From assembly GCA_965215605.1 (NCBI GenBank), contig OZ244070.1, positions 3,072,001 through 3,136,000 of the forward strand: a stretch of 64,000 nucleotides of DNA. The letters are read 5' to 3'. The position numbers were made by a program, and so were the translations under genes. This DNA comes from an uncultured Candidatus Binatia bacterium. GTDB taxonomy: Bacteria > Desulfobacterota > Binatia > UBA9968 > JAJDTQ01. The notes beneath the pieces were generated by a model. The model saw only the letters and a program-made list of their open reading frames with translations, was not told the DNA's origin and made no database searches. Of the stretch, positions 40,546 through 50,133 are shown piece by piece. The first letter of the stretch is position 1. Each line of letters begins with the position of its first letter.

Positions 40546-41598
40546 TCACATGCCCGCGCCGGATTGCTCCATGCCCTCCTGGCGGTGCAGCCCGAAGGCT
40601 TCCAGCACCGGGATATCGTGCATGGAAAAGAGCAGCGCCTCCTCGCCGGTCGAGCGGTTGGCGTGCTCGTGCCAGCTCCACAGCGGCACGATGAAGGTGT
40701 CTCCCTGGCTCCACTCCAGGGTCTCGCCGTTGATCACGGTGGCGCCGCTGCCCCGGAACGCGTGGTAGATGCTGGTGCTGTTGTGGCGGTGAGCGCGGGT
40801 GCGTTCGCCTGGGCGCAGCATCTGCGCCCAGCACGACAGGGTCGGCAGCGTCCTGCCGCCGGTGAGCGGGTTGACGTATTCGAGGGCGACGCCGTCGTAG
40901 GGGTCGGCCGGCGTCTCGGCCAGCGCCCGGAGCGCGCGGTAGGTGTCTTGCCAGCGGTAGTGGAGCGGCATCGGCGCCGGCTGCTCGCCGGAGCGCACCG
41001 GGCGGGTCATGCCGAAATGGGATGCTTCCTGCACGCTCGCATGGGTGGCCTGTTTCTCCTCCGAACAGGGCTCGTACGAGATCACCTGCAACGACTGGAT
41101 CAGCGGCACGTCCAGCCCGTCGAGCCAGACCATGGGCTCGCTCCCCTCGTGGCCGTGGTCGTGCCAAGTCCACTGAGGCGTGAGAATCAGGTCGCCTTCG
41201 GTCATCGGGAGCTTCTCGCCGTTGACCACGGTATAGGCGCCTTGGCCCTGGACGATGAAGCGGATGGCGGCCATGGTGTGGCGGTGGGCCGGGGCCACCT
41301 CGCCGGGCTGGATCAACTGGCAGGCCAGCAGCATGGTGTGGCTGGTCATCTCGATGTGCCGCATCCCGGGGTTGACGAGGCGGATGGTGCGGCGCTCGGT
41401 GCGGCCCTTTTCGATGCCGATGCGGTCACGGGTCCGGAGAAGGCTGTCGTAGACGTCGTTCCATTTCCAAAGATGGGGCACCACTTTCGTCTTGGGGTCC
41501 GGCGTGCGCTCGTGCCGGTCGAGCTTCCACAGCCCCGAGAGCCAGCGGTCGGCCAGCAAGCTGTCCAGATCCGTCAAGTCTTGCGTTTCGGTCTTCAT
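40546..41598 (-). CDS. Gentisate 1,2-dioxygenase-like cupin (paralog of 15432-16463)
   Basis: ERRTIRLVNPG, AHRHT, WTWHDH and WLDGLD.P. Confidence 0.88.
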   Translation of the reverse strand: MKTETQDLTDLDSLLADRWLSGLWKLDRHERTPDPKTKVVPHLWKWNDVYDSLLRTRDRIGIEKGRTERRTIRLVNPGMRHIEMTSHTMLLACQLIQPGEVAPAHRHTMAAIRFIVQGQGAYTVVNGEKLPMTEGDLILTPQWTWHDHGHEGSEPMVWLDGLDVPLIQSLQVISYEPCSEEKQATHASVQEASHFGMTRPVRSGEQPAPMPLHYRWQDTYRALRALAETPADPYDGVALEYVNPLTGGRTLPTLSCWAQMLRPGERTRAHRHNSTSIYHAFRGSGATVINGETLEWSQGDTFIVPLWSWHEHANRSTGEEALLFSMHDIPVLEAFGLHRQEGMEQSGAGM

Positions 41599-41667
41599 AG
41601 GCCGGGCGATATCAGCACGCCCCGGCCGAGGCTGTCAAGCGCGACGCCCGGATGCGGCCGGTGAGGA

Positions 41668-42048
41668 TCATTCCTTCCGAGGCAGTCGATCCCGTTTTAC
41701 CACGACCCGCTGGTGGCGACCTTCACCGATCTTCTCCCGTTCGTTGTACGCCTCCACGGTGAAGGTGAGCCGGCGCCCTTCGACCTCCACGAGTCGGGCC
41801 GAGGTGCGGACGGTCTCGCCGATCCGGGTCCCGGCGATGTGGGAGATTTCAACGCGGACCCCCAGCGACACCTCGTCGTCGTCGAGGAACGGAGCGACGG
41901 CCTCCACGCAGGCGCGCTCCATGTGCCCCACCATGGCCGGCGTCGAATACACCACGAAGCCCTCGTCGGCGATGTGGGCCGCCGCCATTTCCTGGGTCGT
42001 TTCGATGATCCACTGGCCTTCGAGCCCTTCCTTGAGTTCGTCTTTCAC
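41668..42048 (-). CDS. Hotdog thioesterase, FlK-like
   Basis: STPAMV..ME.AC, G....ISH...T..GE and IGEG.HQR. Confidence 0.88.
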   Translation of the reverse strand: MKDELKEGLEGQWIIETTQEMAAAHIADEGFVVYSTPAMVGHMERACVEAVAPFLDDDEVSLGVRVEISHIAGTRIGETVRTSARLVEVEGRRLTFTVEAYNEREKIGEGRHQRVVVKRDRLPRKE

Positions 42049-42148
42049 CCTACCTCCCGGACTATGGTCCTCGTGCTGTCTGATTGCCTGTTCCCCGTTC
42101 CCTACTATTGGCGATATCGTCTATACTGTGAACCGGTCACGATCCATC

Positions 42149-42340
42149 ATGGAAAAGGTCGTTCGAAAATTCGCATCCTTCGCCGAGGAAGAAGAAGCGG
42201 AGTACTCTTACTACCGCCGGCTCTCTGGTGCCGAAAAATTGCAAATCCTGCTTGACCTGATCATGCCCGAGAATCCCGATGCGGGAACTATCGACCGATC
42301 TGCGCGAGTTCATCCACTTGCTGAACACGAGCCGTGTTAA
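42149..42340 (+). CDS. Small hypothetical protein upstream of a nucleotidyltransferase
   Basis: 63 aa MEKVVRKFASFAEEEEAEYSYYRRLSGAEKLQILLDL; TATACT at 42122 upstream. Confidence 0.6.
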   Translation: MEKVVRKFASFAEEEEAEYSYYRRLSGAEKLQILLDLIMPENPDAGTIDRSARVHPLAEHEPC

Positions 42341-42734
42341 GTACATGCTCGTAGGTGCATGGGCACTGGCTCTTCATGCCCGGCCTCGCTATACGGCCGA
42401 TGTGGACGTGTTTGTGGAGCGAAGCCCGGAGAACGCCGGGAGACTGATGGAAGTTATCGAAAAGTTCGGGTTTGGCGGCATCGGGATTGAAGCGGCGGAT
42501 TTCCTGCAGGTCGACTGCGTGATCCAGCTCGGCAGGGCGCCGAACCGAGTCGATCTTCTCACGGGTATCAGTGGAGTCGGCTTCGATGAAGCCTGGGAAG
42601 ATCGGGTCACGGCGACCCTGTCCGGTGTCGAGGTGGCCGTCATCGGCCGAGAGCATCTGATCCGGAACAAGCGGGCTGTGAACCGCGCGAAGGATCGCGC
42701 CGATATCGAGTGGTTGGAGCGCACCGGTCGGTAG
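42279..42734 (+). CDS. Minimal nucleotidyltransferase (pol-beta superfamily)
   Basis: VGAWALALHARPRYTADVD, RVDLLT.I.GV.F and LI.NK.A..R.KD..D. Confidence 0.8.
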   Translation: MRELSTDLREFIHLLNTSRVKYMLVGAWALALHARPRYTADVDVFVERSPENAGRLMEVIEKFGFGGIGIEAADFLQVDCVIQLGRAPNRVDLLTGISGVGFDEAWEDRVTATLSGVEVAVIGREHLIRNKRAVNRAKDRADIEWLERTGR

Positions 42735-42770
42735 CCTTGACGGGCTCGTGAAAGGAAGGTGTCCTGAATC

Positions 42771-43952
42771 ATGAACGCGGCATTGCAGGGGACCATGGCG
42801 CTGGATCTGAGCGGCCACGTGGCCGGGCCCTTTTGCGGGAGCCTGCTGGGAGACCTCGGGTGCGACGTGATCAAGGTGGAATTGCCGGACGGAGGTGACA
42901 CCCACCGTGGCCGGAATCCCTTGTACGAGGGCTACGGGCCGAGCTTCCGGGCGCTCAACCGCAACAAGCGGAGCCTGACCCTGGACCTCCGGAAGCCCCA
43001 GGGCAAGGAGATCCTGCTCAAGCTGCTGGAGAAGGCGGATGTCCTGCTGGAAAACTTCCGTCCCGAGACGCGGGTGAAGCTGGGGCTCGACTACGGGCGC
43101 CTGTCGGAGCTCAACCCGAGGCTGGTCCATTGTTCCATCACCGGCTACGGGCAGGAGGGCCCCTACCGCGACAAGCCCGGGTTCGACACCATCGGCCAAG
43201 CCCTGAGCGGCATGCTGAGCCTGATGACCGACTTCGACAAGCCCAAGGTGGTGGGGGTGTCGGTCACCGACCATTCCACCGGAGTGTTCGCCGCCTACGG
43301 TATCCTGGCCGCGCTGATGGCGCGCCACCACACTGGCCGGGGCCAGTTCGTGGACGCCTCGCTCCTGCGCATCAGCCTGGCGTTCATCGAGTCCCACATG
43401 GCCGACTACCTGAACGGCGGCGAGGCCATCACCCGTGAGAACTTCCCCCGGGGGCGGATCTATTGTTTCGTTCCCAGCGACAAGAAAGCCCTGGTGATCC
43501 ACCTCTCCGGACACCAGAAGGCCTGGGAAGGGCTGGTGACCGCGGTGGAGCGCCGGGATCTGCTGGACGACCCGCGCTTCGCCACCCGCAACGACCGCTG
43601 GCACCATCACTACGACATCGTCCCGATCCTGCAGGCGGAGTTCGAGAAAAAGCCGCGGGACCACTGGCTCGCGGCGCTGGACGCCGTCAGCGTGCCCAAC
43701 GCGCCCATCTACAAGATTGAAGAGGTGCTGGACGACCCGCAGGTGAAGGAGCTGGGACTGCCGCAGGAGATCCGCCATCCGACGATGGGGGCCAGCAACC
43801 TCATCGGTAACGCCATCCAGCTTTCCGACACTCCCATGCAGTTCCATCGTGCCGCGCCCCTGTTGGGCGAGAACACCGAAGAGATCCTGCGCGGTCTGGG
43901 CTATGACGATGCGGCGCTGGCGGAGTTGCGCGAAGACGGGGTCACTTCATAA
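42771..43952 (+). CDS. Family III CoA-transferase (CaiB/BaiF)
   Basis: AGPFC..LLGDLG.DVIKVE, NRNKRSL.LDL, ENFRP and PGFD. Confidence 0.93.
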   Translation: MNAALQGTMALDLSGHVAGPFCGSLLGDLGCDVIKVELPDGGDTHRGRNPLYEGYGPSFRALNRNKRSLTLDLRKPQGKEILLKLLEKADVLLENFRPETRVKLGLDYGRLSELNPRLVHCSITGYGQEGPYRDKPGFDTIGQALSGMLSLMTDFDKPKVVGVSVTDHSTGVFAAYGILAALMARHHTGRGQFVDASLLRISLAFIESHMADYLNGGEAITRENFPRGRIYCFVPSDKKALVIHLSGHQKAWEGLVTAVERRDLLDDPRFATRNDRWHHHYDIVPILQAEFEKKPRDHWLAALDAVSVPNAPIYKIEEVLDDPQVKELGLPQEIRHPTMGASNLIGNAIQLSDTPMQFHRAAPLLGENTEEILRGLGYDDAALAELREDGVTS

Positions 43953-43964
43953 CGGGGGCAGTCC

Positions 43965-44612
43965 ATGACCAGCAAGGAGTTCGTTCAGGAGTTGCGGGAC
44001 AAGGTCAAGACCTTCTGCGCCACGTTGGACGACCGCCCGCCCGCCTACAGCTACGTTCCTCTCACCACCGACGAGGAGCGCGTCCGGGTGATGAAGAGCC
44101 GGCTGTGGAACGAACTCCGCGCCGCCGATCTCTTCGGCGGCTGGCTCAAGACCACCCCGGAAATCGAGGTCAAGACCATGATGGCGCGGTCCGCCCACGA
44201 GGAGATGGTGCACGCCGGGCTCCTGTCGGCGCGCATCCGGGATCTCGGCGCGGACCCCTTCGACTACCGTCCGCTGCCGGCGCAGATGTCCATGTTCAAC
44301 GCCATGGAGGGACTCCCGGACAGTTGCCAGCGGCTGGCCGGCTTCTCGATGGGCGGCGAGGGGATAGCCAACTACCTCATCGAGAAGTGCCTGGCCGCGC
44401 CCTCGGTCCCGGACTGGATCAAGGCCCCATACAAGCGCATCCTCGCCGACGAGGAGGGCCACGGCAGCGGCCCCGAGGAGATCCTGGAGCGTTATGCCAC
44501 AACCCCGGAGGTCCAGGACGCCGTGCGCCGGGCGGTGGCCATGCGCCTCATCTTGATGCGCGAGTACCTCGGCAGCCTGGACCGCTGGGCCATGAAAGAG
44601 GCGGAATGGTAG
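43965..44612 (+). CDS. Ferritin-like diiron-carboxylate protein
   Basis: NE...EEMVH...GE...DEEGH pattern. Confidence 0.78.
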   Translation: MTSKEFVQELRDKVKTFCATLDDRPPAYSYVPLTTDEERVRVMKSRLWNELRAADLFGGWLKTTPEIEVKTMMARSAHEEMVHAGLLSARIRDLGADPFDYRPLPAQMSMFNAMEGLPDSCQRLAGFSMGGEGIANYLIEKCLAAPSVPDWIKAPYKRILADEEGHGSGPEEILERYATTPEVQDAVRRAVAMRLILMREYLGSLDRWAMKEAEW

Positions 44613-44731
44613 GAGGTCGGAACCCGCGCAGGGCGAATTTCGCACGGACGCGAATCTTGACGGCTCAAGACCGGTAATGCTAGTGTCAAGTGCGCGAAAA
44701 TCTATGAAACGTTCACAAGGGGGTAGATCAA

Positions 44732-45793
44732 ATGGCCGATAACGGAACACTGCCGGGCTGTGAAGTCATTGTCTCGTCGGATTCCCACGTCATGGAGCCG
44801 TCGGAAATCCTGGTGGAAAGGGCTCCCAAGGGTTTCAAGGATCAGGTGCCGCGCTTTCCCCAGTTGAAGTTGGGGGAGAGCTTTCAGACCCAGCCGGGTG
44901 GATCGGATCCGGACAAGCGCATCGCCGAGATGGAGACCGACGGCGTGAGCGCGGAGGTGCTCTTCCCGACCTACCTGCTGCCGCACTTCGCCATGGACGA
45001 CGCCAAGCTGCAACAGGTGTCGTTCCACGCATACAACGACTGGGTGATGGACTATTGCTCGGTGGCGCCCAACCGTCTGGTGGGGGTCGGCGCCATCTCC
45101 ATGTACGACATCGACGAGGCGGTCAAGGAGTTGGAGCGTTGCGCCAAGATGGGCCTCAAGGGCTCGCTCATCTGGCAGGCGCCGCACGCGGACCTGCCGT
45201 TCCACTCCGACCACTACGAGCGGTTCTGGGCCGCTTCCGCGGATCTCAAGATGCCGGTGCACCTGCACATTCTCACCGGCCACGGCTACCACAAGCAGAC
45301 GGTGTTCGGTAACAAGCGCATCGGCGTCGAGCCGTACCGCGGCAGCGTCAACCTGAAGCTCCAGGAGATCATCAACGCGGTCTTCGATTTCATCTTCTAC
45401 GGCATCATGCATCGCCATCCCGACCTCAAGTTCGTGTGCGTCGAGAACGAGATCGGCTGGATGCCGTTCATGCTGCAGCAGTGGGACTACTACTGGAACC
45501 GGTTCAAGGGCGAGAACCCGATCTCCATCGACAAGAACCCCAGCGAGTACTTCAACGGGCAGTTCTACGGCACGTTCTTCCGCGACACGGTCGCCGGGCA
45601 CAACTTCGAGTGGTGGGGCCAGGACAATTGCATGTGGTCCAACGACTACCCGCATGCCAACTCCACTTGGCCGGACTCCAAGAAGTACATCGACCGCGAC
45701 CTGGGGCACCTGCCGACGGACATACGGAAGAAGCTGGTCTACACCAACGTCAGGAACCTCTACCAGCTCGACATTCCGGACCCGGTTCAATAG
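44732..45793 (+). CDS. Amidohydrolase family 2 protein
   Basis: SSDSHVMEP, HLHI and WSNDYPH. Confidence 0.9.
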   Translation: MADNGTLPGCEVIVSSDSHVMEPSEILVERAPKGFKDQVPRFPQLKLGESFQTQPGGSDPDKRIAEMETDGVSAEVLFPTYLLPHFAMDDAKLQQVSFHAYNDWVMDYCSVAPNRLVGVGAISMYDIDEAVKELERCAKMGLKGSLIWQAPHADLPFHSDHYERFWAASADLKMPVHLHILTGHGYHKQTVFGNKRIGVEPYRGSVNLKLQEIINAVFDFIFYGIMHRHPDLKFVCVENEIGWMPFMLQQWDYYWNRFKGENPISIDKNPSEYFNGQFYGTFFRDTVAGHNFEWWGQDNCMWSNDYPHANSTWPDSKKYIDRDLGHLPTDIRKKLVYTNVRNLYQLDIPDPVQ

Positions 45794-45804
45794 TCCAATG
45801 GTTC

Positions 45805-45838
45805 GAAAGCCGCCCGCCTCCGGGCGGCTTTCCTTTTT
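45805..45838 (+). terminator. Intrinsic terminator
   Basis: 12-bp stem GAAAGCCGCCCG-cctc-CGGGCGGCTTTC followed by CTTTTT. Confidence 0.75.
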
Positions 45839-45913
45839 CCGCGGGGATGCGCGACGGAGGCCAACAGGCTCATCGCGGTGCCCGCAAAGTGCCTTGGGGA
45901 AAGGGGCAAGCTC

Positions 45914-47032
45914 ATGGGCAGGAACGGTTTCAAAGTATTCGACAGCGACATGCACATCATGGAACCCCCGGATCTGTGGCTTCGGTATCTGGCGCCGGAG
46001 TTTCAGGCACAGGCTCCGTTGGGGCGCACGTCCGAGAACGTTCGGGACCTGGGGCTGAGCTTCCCCGACAAGGCGGCTGAGGCGCGCCGCACCGGCACGG
46101 AGGAGCATCGTGGCCGCAATTACGAACAGAAACAGAAAGTCTTCCGTGACCACTCCGAAAGGGGCTGGACCGGCGAGGTGCAGCTCGAGGCCATGGAAGT
46201 GGAGGGCATCGACGCCGCGGTGCTGTTTCCGACCCGGGGCCTCCATGTGCTCACCTTTCCGGGACACACGCCGCACTTCGCCGCGGCTCTGGCGCGGGCC
46301 TACAACGACTGGCTCCACGACTTTTGCCGCGCTGACCCGAACCGGCTGTTCGGCGCCGGCATGATTTCGGTCTACGACATCAACGACGCGGTGGAGGAGA
46401 CGCACCGGGTGGTGGGCGAGTACGGCTTCCGCACGGTCTTTCTGAGGTCCAACCTCGTCAACGGCAAGCCCCTGCACGACCCGTACTACGAGCCCCTGTG
46501 GAATACCCTGGAGGAGTTGGCCCTTCCCATCGGCTTCCACGAAGCCACCACTTCCCGCGCGGCCCAGGCCGGCGAGCAGTTCGAGCCCAACTTCGGCCTG
46601 AGGCGCGTCTATTCCCAGCCCCTGGAGCAGATGATGGGGCTCGGGAGCTTTGTTGGCGGCGGCGTGCTCGCGCGTCATCCCAAGCTCCGAGTGGCATTCC
46701 TGGAAGCCAACTGCTCGTGGCTGCCGTGGCTCCTCTGGCGCTTCGACGAGGGTTACGAGCGGGAGGGCGACGTCTACATGCCCGATCTGGACCGGAAACC
46801 CAGCGACTACTTCAAGGACCAATGCTGGATTTCCATCGAGCCGGACGAGACCCCGGCGCGGTTCACCATCGAGGAGTTCGGCTGCGACCAGTTGGTCTTT
46901 TCCACCGACTATCCCCACGGCGACTCCAAGTATCCCCACGCCGTGGAGGGATTCCTGGAACTTGATCTGTCCGATGAGGCAAAGCGCAAGATCCTGTGGG
47001 ACAACTGTGCGCGGTTTTATGGTTTTGACTAG
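45914..47032 (+). CDS. Amidohydrolase family 2 protein
   Basis: FDSDMHIMEP, GFHE and FSTDYPHGD; start ATG 45914. Confidence 0.9.
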   Translation: MGRNGFKVFDSDMHIMEPPDLWLRYLAPEFQAQAPLGRTSENVRDLGLSFPDKAAEARRTGTEEHRGRNYEQKQKVFRDHSERGWTGEVQLEAMEVEGIDAAVLFPTRGLHVLTFPGHTPHFAAALARAYNDWLHDFCRADPNRLFGAGMISVYDINDAVEETHRVVGEYGFRTVFLRSNLVNGKPLHDPYYEPLWNTLEELALPIGFHEATTSRAAQAGEQFEPNFGLRRVYSQPLEQMMGLGSFVGGGVLARHPKLRVAFLEANCSWLPWLLWRFDEGYEREGDVYMPDLDRKPSDYFKDQCWISIEPDETPARFTIEEFGCDQLVFSTDYPHGDSKYPHAVEGFLELDLSDEAKRKILWDNCARFYGFD

Positions 47033-47071
47033 TGTCCGGTCCCACATTTATCCGACCCGAAGGAGGGCGCG

Positions 47072-47905
47072 ATGGCGAAACCCCAAGAGGCGGCACAACC
47101 GGAATACATCCAGGGCGTGGTCAATTACCTCGAAAGAGAAACCGAGGCCCCCGCGAGCTATGGCGGCATGAGCCAGAAGGAGGCCGACCGCAAGCGCCGG
47201 GGCAACTACGAGAGCCACGCGGTCACGATCCACAACGCGCGGCTCCTGGCCGATGAGCTTTCGCTGGAGCGCCAGGGTTTCGTGCTGGTGCGGCACGACA
47301 CCCGGATGAAGGACTTCTATGACGACGAAGAGGTACGCACGGTCTACTACAAAGAGACCGAGGAGTTGGTGAAGCGTACTTCGGGGGCGAAGCGCGTGGT
47401 GGTGTTCGATCACACGCTGCGCTCGGGCGACGAGGCCACGCGGGAGGCGAAGCAGGTGGGCGGCCCGGTACGCGGCGCCCACAACGACTACACGGACTGG
47501 TCGGGGCCGCAGCGGGTGCGCGACATCCTGCCGGACGAGGCCGAGGAGCTGCTCAAGGGCCGGTTCGGCGTGATACAGACCTGGCGGCCCATCAACCGCC
47601 CGGTGATACGGGACCCCCTGGCCATCTGCGACGCGCTCAGCACCGGCATGGAAGGCGCCATCCCCACCGCGCGCATCTACCCGGACCGGCGCGGCGAGAC
47701 GCTGCACTACACCTTCAATCCGAAACATTACTGGTACTACTTCCCGCACATGGAACGTCACGAGGCGGTGGTGTTCAAGACCTTCGAGTCCGAGAAGGAC
47801 GGACGTGCCCGGTGGACCCTGCACTGCGCCTTTGACGATCCCGACACGCCTGCCGATGCGCCGGCCCGGGAGAGCATCGAGATGCGCACGCTGGCTTTCT
47901 TTTAG
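47072..47905 (+). CDS. CmcJ/NvfI/AsaB-family Fe(II)/2OG-type oxidoreductase
   Basis: FDHTLR, AHNDYT, WRP, PLAICDA, HCAF and RESIEMR. Confidence 0.85.
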   Translation: MAKPQEAAQPEYIQGVVNYLERETEAPASYGGMSQKEADRKRRGNYESHAVTIHNARLLADELSLERQGFVLVRHDTRMKDFYDDEEVRTVYYKETEELVKRTSGAKRVVVFDHTLRSGDEATREAKQVGGPVRGAHNDYTDWSGPQRVRDILPDEAEELLKGRFGVIQTWRPINRPVIRDPLAICDALSTGMEGAIPTARIYPDRRGETLHYTFNPKHYWYYFPHMERHEAVVFKTFESEKDGRARWTLHCAFDDPDTPADAPARESIEMRTLAFF

Positions 47906-47943
47906 GAACATCTCTCACGTCCGGAGCCCTTGACTTGGCGTCT

Positions 47944-48022
47944 TTCGACTTCGCTACGCTACGCTCAGGACGAACGGCTTGGTTGTCTCAGGACCGTTCG
48001 TCCTGAGCGTAGCGTAGTCGAA
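47944..48022. repeat. Long palindromic (REP/RIP-like) intergenic element
   Basis: Perfect 24-bp arms CTACGCTACGCTCAGGACGAACGG (47954-47977) and its reverse complement (47994-48017). Confidence 0.8.
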
Positions 48023-48058
48023 GGATGACAAATTCCGACAGACTCCCAGGAGGCATCC

Positions 48059-49534
48059 ATGAGCAACTTCGACGTGGTCGACACCACGATAGACGCGGTC
48101 CACAAGGCGTATGAATCGGGGCAGCTTACCCCCAGGGAGCTGGTGCAGGCGTACATCGACCGGATCGAGGCCTACGACAAGAAGGGTCCGGCCCTCAACT
48201 GCATCATCACGGTCAATCCCGATGCGCTGGAGGAAGCCGGCCGGGTCGGCGCCTCGCCCCTGACGGGACCGCTTCACGGCATCCCCGTCATTTTCAAGGA
48301 CCAGGGCGACGCCAAGGGGATGCCCACCACCCTGGGGAGCGTGCTGTTCAAGGACTACTACCCTGACCGCGACTGTTTCGTGGTGGAGCAGCTCAAGAAG
48401 GCCGGCGCCATCATCCTGGCCAAGGCCACTCTCGGGGAGTTGGGCGGAGGCGACACCCACGGCTCGCTGTTCGGCTCCAGCCGCAACCCCTACGATGTCG
48501 AGCGCACGGTGGGCGGCTCCTCCGGCGGCTCCGGCGGCGCCGTGGCCGCCAACTTCGCCACCGTGGCGGTGGGGCAGGAAGGCTACGCTTCCATCCGCCG
48601 TCCCTCGACCTGGAACTGCGTCGCCGGCATGCGCCCCACGCCAGGACTGGTGAGCCGCGGCGGCGTATACGACGGCTGGCCCGACATGACCGGCTCGCTG
48701 GGCCCCATGTGCCGCACGGTGGGGGATATGGCCCGGCTGCTGGACTCCATGGTCGGCTACGACCCCGAGGATCCGGTGACCGCCCGCGGCGTCGGCCACG
48801 TACCCCCGAGCTACACCGACTTCCTGGACGCAGGCGGGCTCGAGGGCGCGCGTCTGGGCATCCTGCGCGAGCCCATGGGCTTCATGTCGGAACCGGACAC
48901 CGACGACTTCCGGCAGATCACCGAAGTGTTCGACAAGGCGGTGGCGGACCTCCAGGCCGCCGGCGCCGAGGTGGTGGATCCGGTGGAGATACCACAACTG
49001 AACGAGCTGTTGGCCAAGCGGTCGTGGAACCCCACCAACGGCGACCAGGCCTTCAAGCTGTACTACGGCCGGAGCGCCAGGCGGCCGTTCGAGTCGCGCC
49101 AGGAAGCCATGGCGTCGCCGGACTTCGCCAAGGTCCACTACAACGCCCAGAACCGCTGGAAGGCGCCCCTGGACGCGGACAAGCATTACGAGTACCTGCT
49201 GGCCCGCGAGACGCTCACGGGCAACCTGTTGAAGGTCATGGCCGACCACCGGCTCGACGCCATCGTGCACAAGTCGGTGGAGCACCAGCCGACGCTCATT
49301 ACCGAGGGCATCAAGCCGCCGTGGGTCAACATGAGGGGGGTGCCCCACATCAACACGTTCCTGATCTTCGTTTCGTCGGTGGTGGTGCCCGGGGGCTTCA
49401 CCCGGGACGACCTCCCGGCCGGGATCACCTTTCTCGGACGGCCCTACGACGACGGCCGCATGATCAAGTTCGCCTACGCCTACGAGCAGGCCACGCACCA
49501 CCGCAAGCCGCCGGCCACCACGCCGGCGCTGTGA
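48059..49534 (+). CDS. Amidase signature family enzyme
   Basis: PLHGIPVIFKD, GGSSGGS and SIRRP. Confidence 0.92.
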   Translation: MSNFDVVDTTIDAVHKAYESGQLTPRELVQAYIDRIEAYDKKGPALNCIITVNPDALEEAGRVGASPLTGPLHGIPVIFKDQGDAKGMPTTLGSVLFKDYYPDRDCFVVEQLKKAGAIILAKATLGELGGGDTHGSLFGSSRNPYDVERTVGGSSGGSGGAVAANFATVAVGQEGYASIRRPSTWNCVAGMRPTPGLVSRGGVYDGWPDMTGSLGPMCRTVGDMARLLDSMVGYDPEDPVTARGVGHVPPSYTDFLDAGGLEGARLGILREPMGFMSEPDTDDFRQITEVFDKAVADLQAAGAEVVDPVEIPQLNELLAKRSWNPTNGDQAFKLYYGRSARRPFESRQEAMASPDFAKVHYNAQNRWKAPLDADKHYEYLLARETLTGNLLKVMADHRLDAIVHKSVEHQPTLITEGIKPPWVNMRGVPHINTFLIFVSSVVVPGGFTRDDLPAGITFLGRPYDDGRMIKFAYAYEQATHHRKPPATTPAL

Positions 49535-49578
49535 GACCATGCGCTGGCTCGATTCCGTGTGAAGGGAAGGAATTGAGA

Positions 49579-50133
49579 ATGCCCCGCATACCGGAGCTCA
49601 CCGAACGGGAGGCCATTCCCGAGGATCAGCGGCACCACTACGACGCCATCATGGCCAGCCGGAAGCGCATCGGCGCGCCCTACGCCAACCTGCTCCACTG
49701 CCCGGACCTGGCCGCCCGCACCGCGCACTTGGTGGGATACTCGCTGCACACCTCGGACTTTCCGCTGAAGGAGAAGGAGCTGGTCATCTGCACGGTGGCC
49801 AGGGAGATGGACTGCGTCTACGAGTGGGCCGCCCACTCGGGCCACGCCCTGGAGGCGGGGGTGCCGGAGGCGACCGTGGCGGCCATCCGTGACGGCATCG
49901 CTCCCGAGGGGCTCGACGAGGACGAGGCGCCTTTCGTGAAGTACGTGCAGGAGCTTCTGCGTCCGCCCCATCGTGTCACCGAAACGACCTTTCAGGCGCT
50001 GCGAAGGCGCCTGGGCGATCACCGGCTGGCCGAGCTTACCGGCATCGTCGGGGGTTACGCCGGCCTTGCCTGTTCCCTCAACGCGTTCGGGATCGGCGCG
50101 CCCGAAGGCATGCCGGTCCTTCCCACGGGGTGA
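49579..50133 (+). CDS. Carboxymuconolactone decarboxylase-family protein
   Basis: PY..LLH.P, ELVI..VAR...C.YEW..H and ELT..VG.Y; start ATG 49579. Confidence 0.82.
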   Translation: MPRIPELTEREAIPEDQRHHYDAIMASRKRIGAPYANLLHCPDLAARTAHLVGYSLHTSDFPLKEKELVICTVAREMDCVYEWAAHSGHALEAGVPEATVAAIRDGIAPEGLDEDEAPFVKYVQELLRPPHRVTETTFQALRRRLGDHRLAELTGIVGGYAGLACSLNAFGIGAPEGMPVLPTG

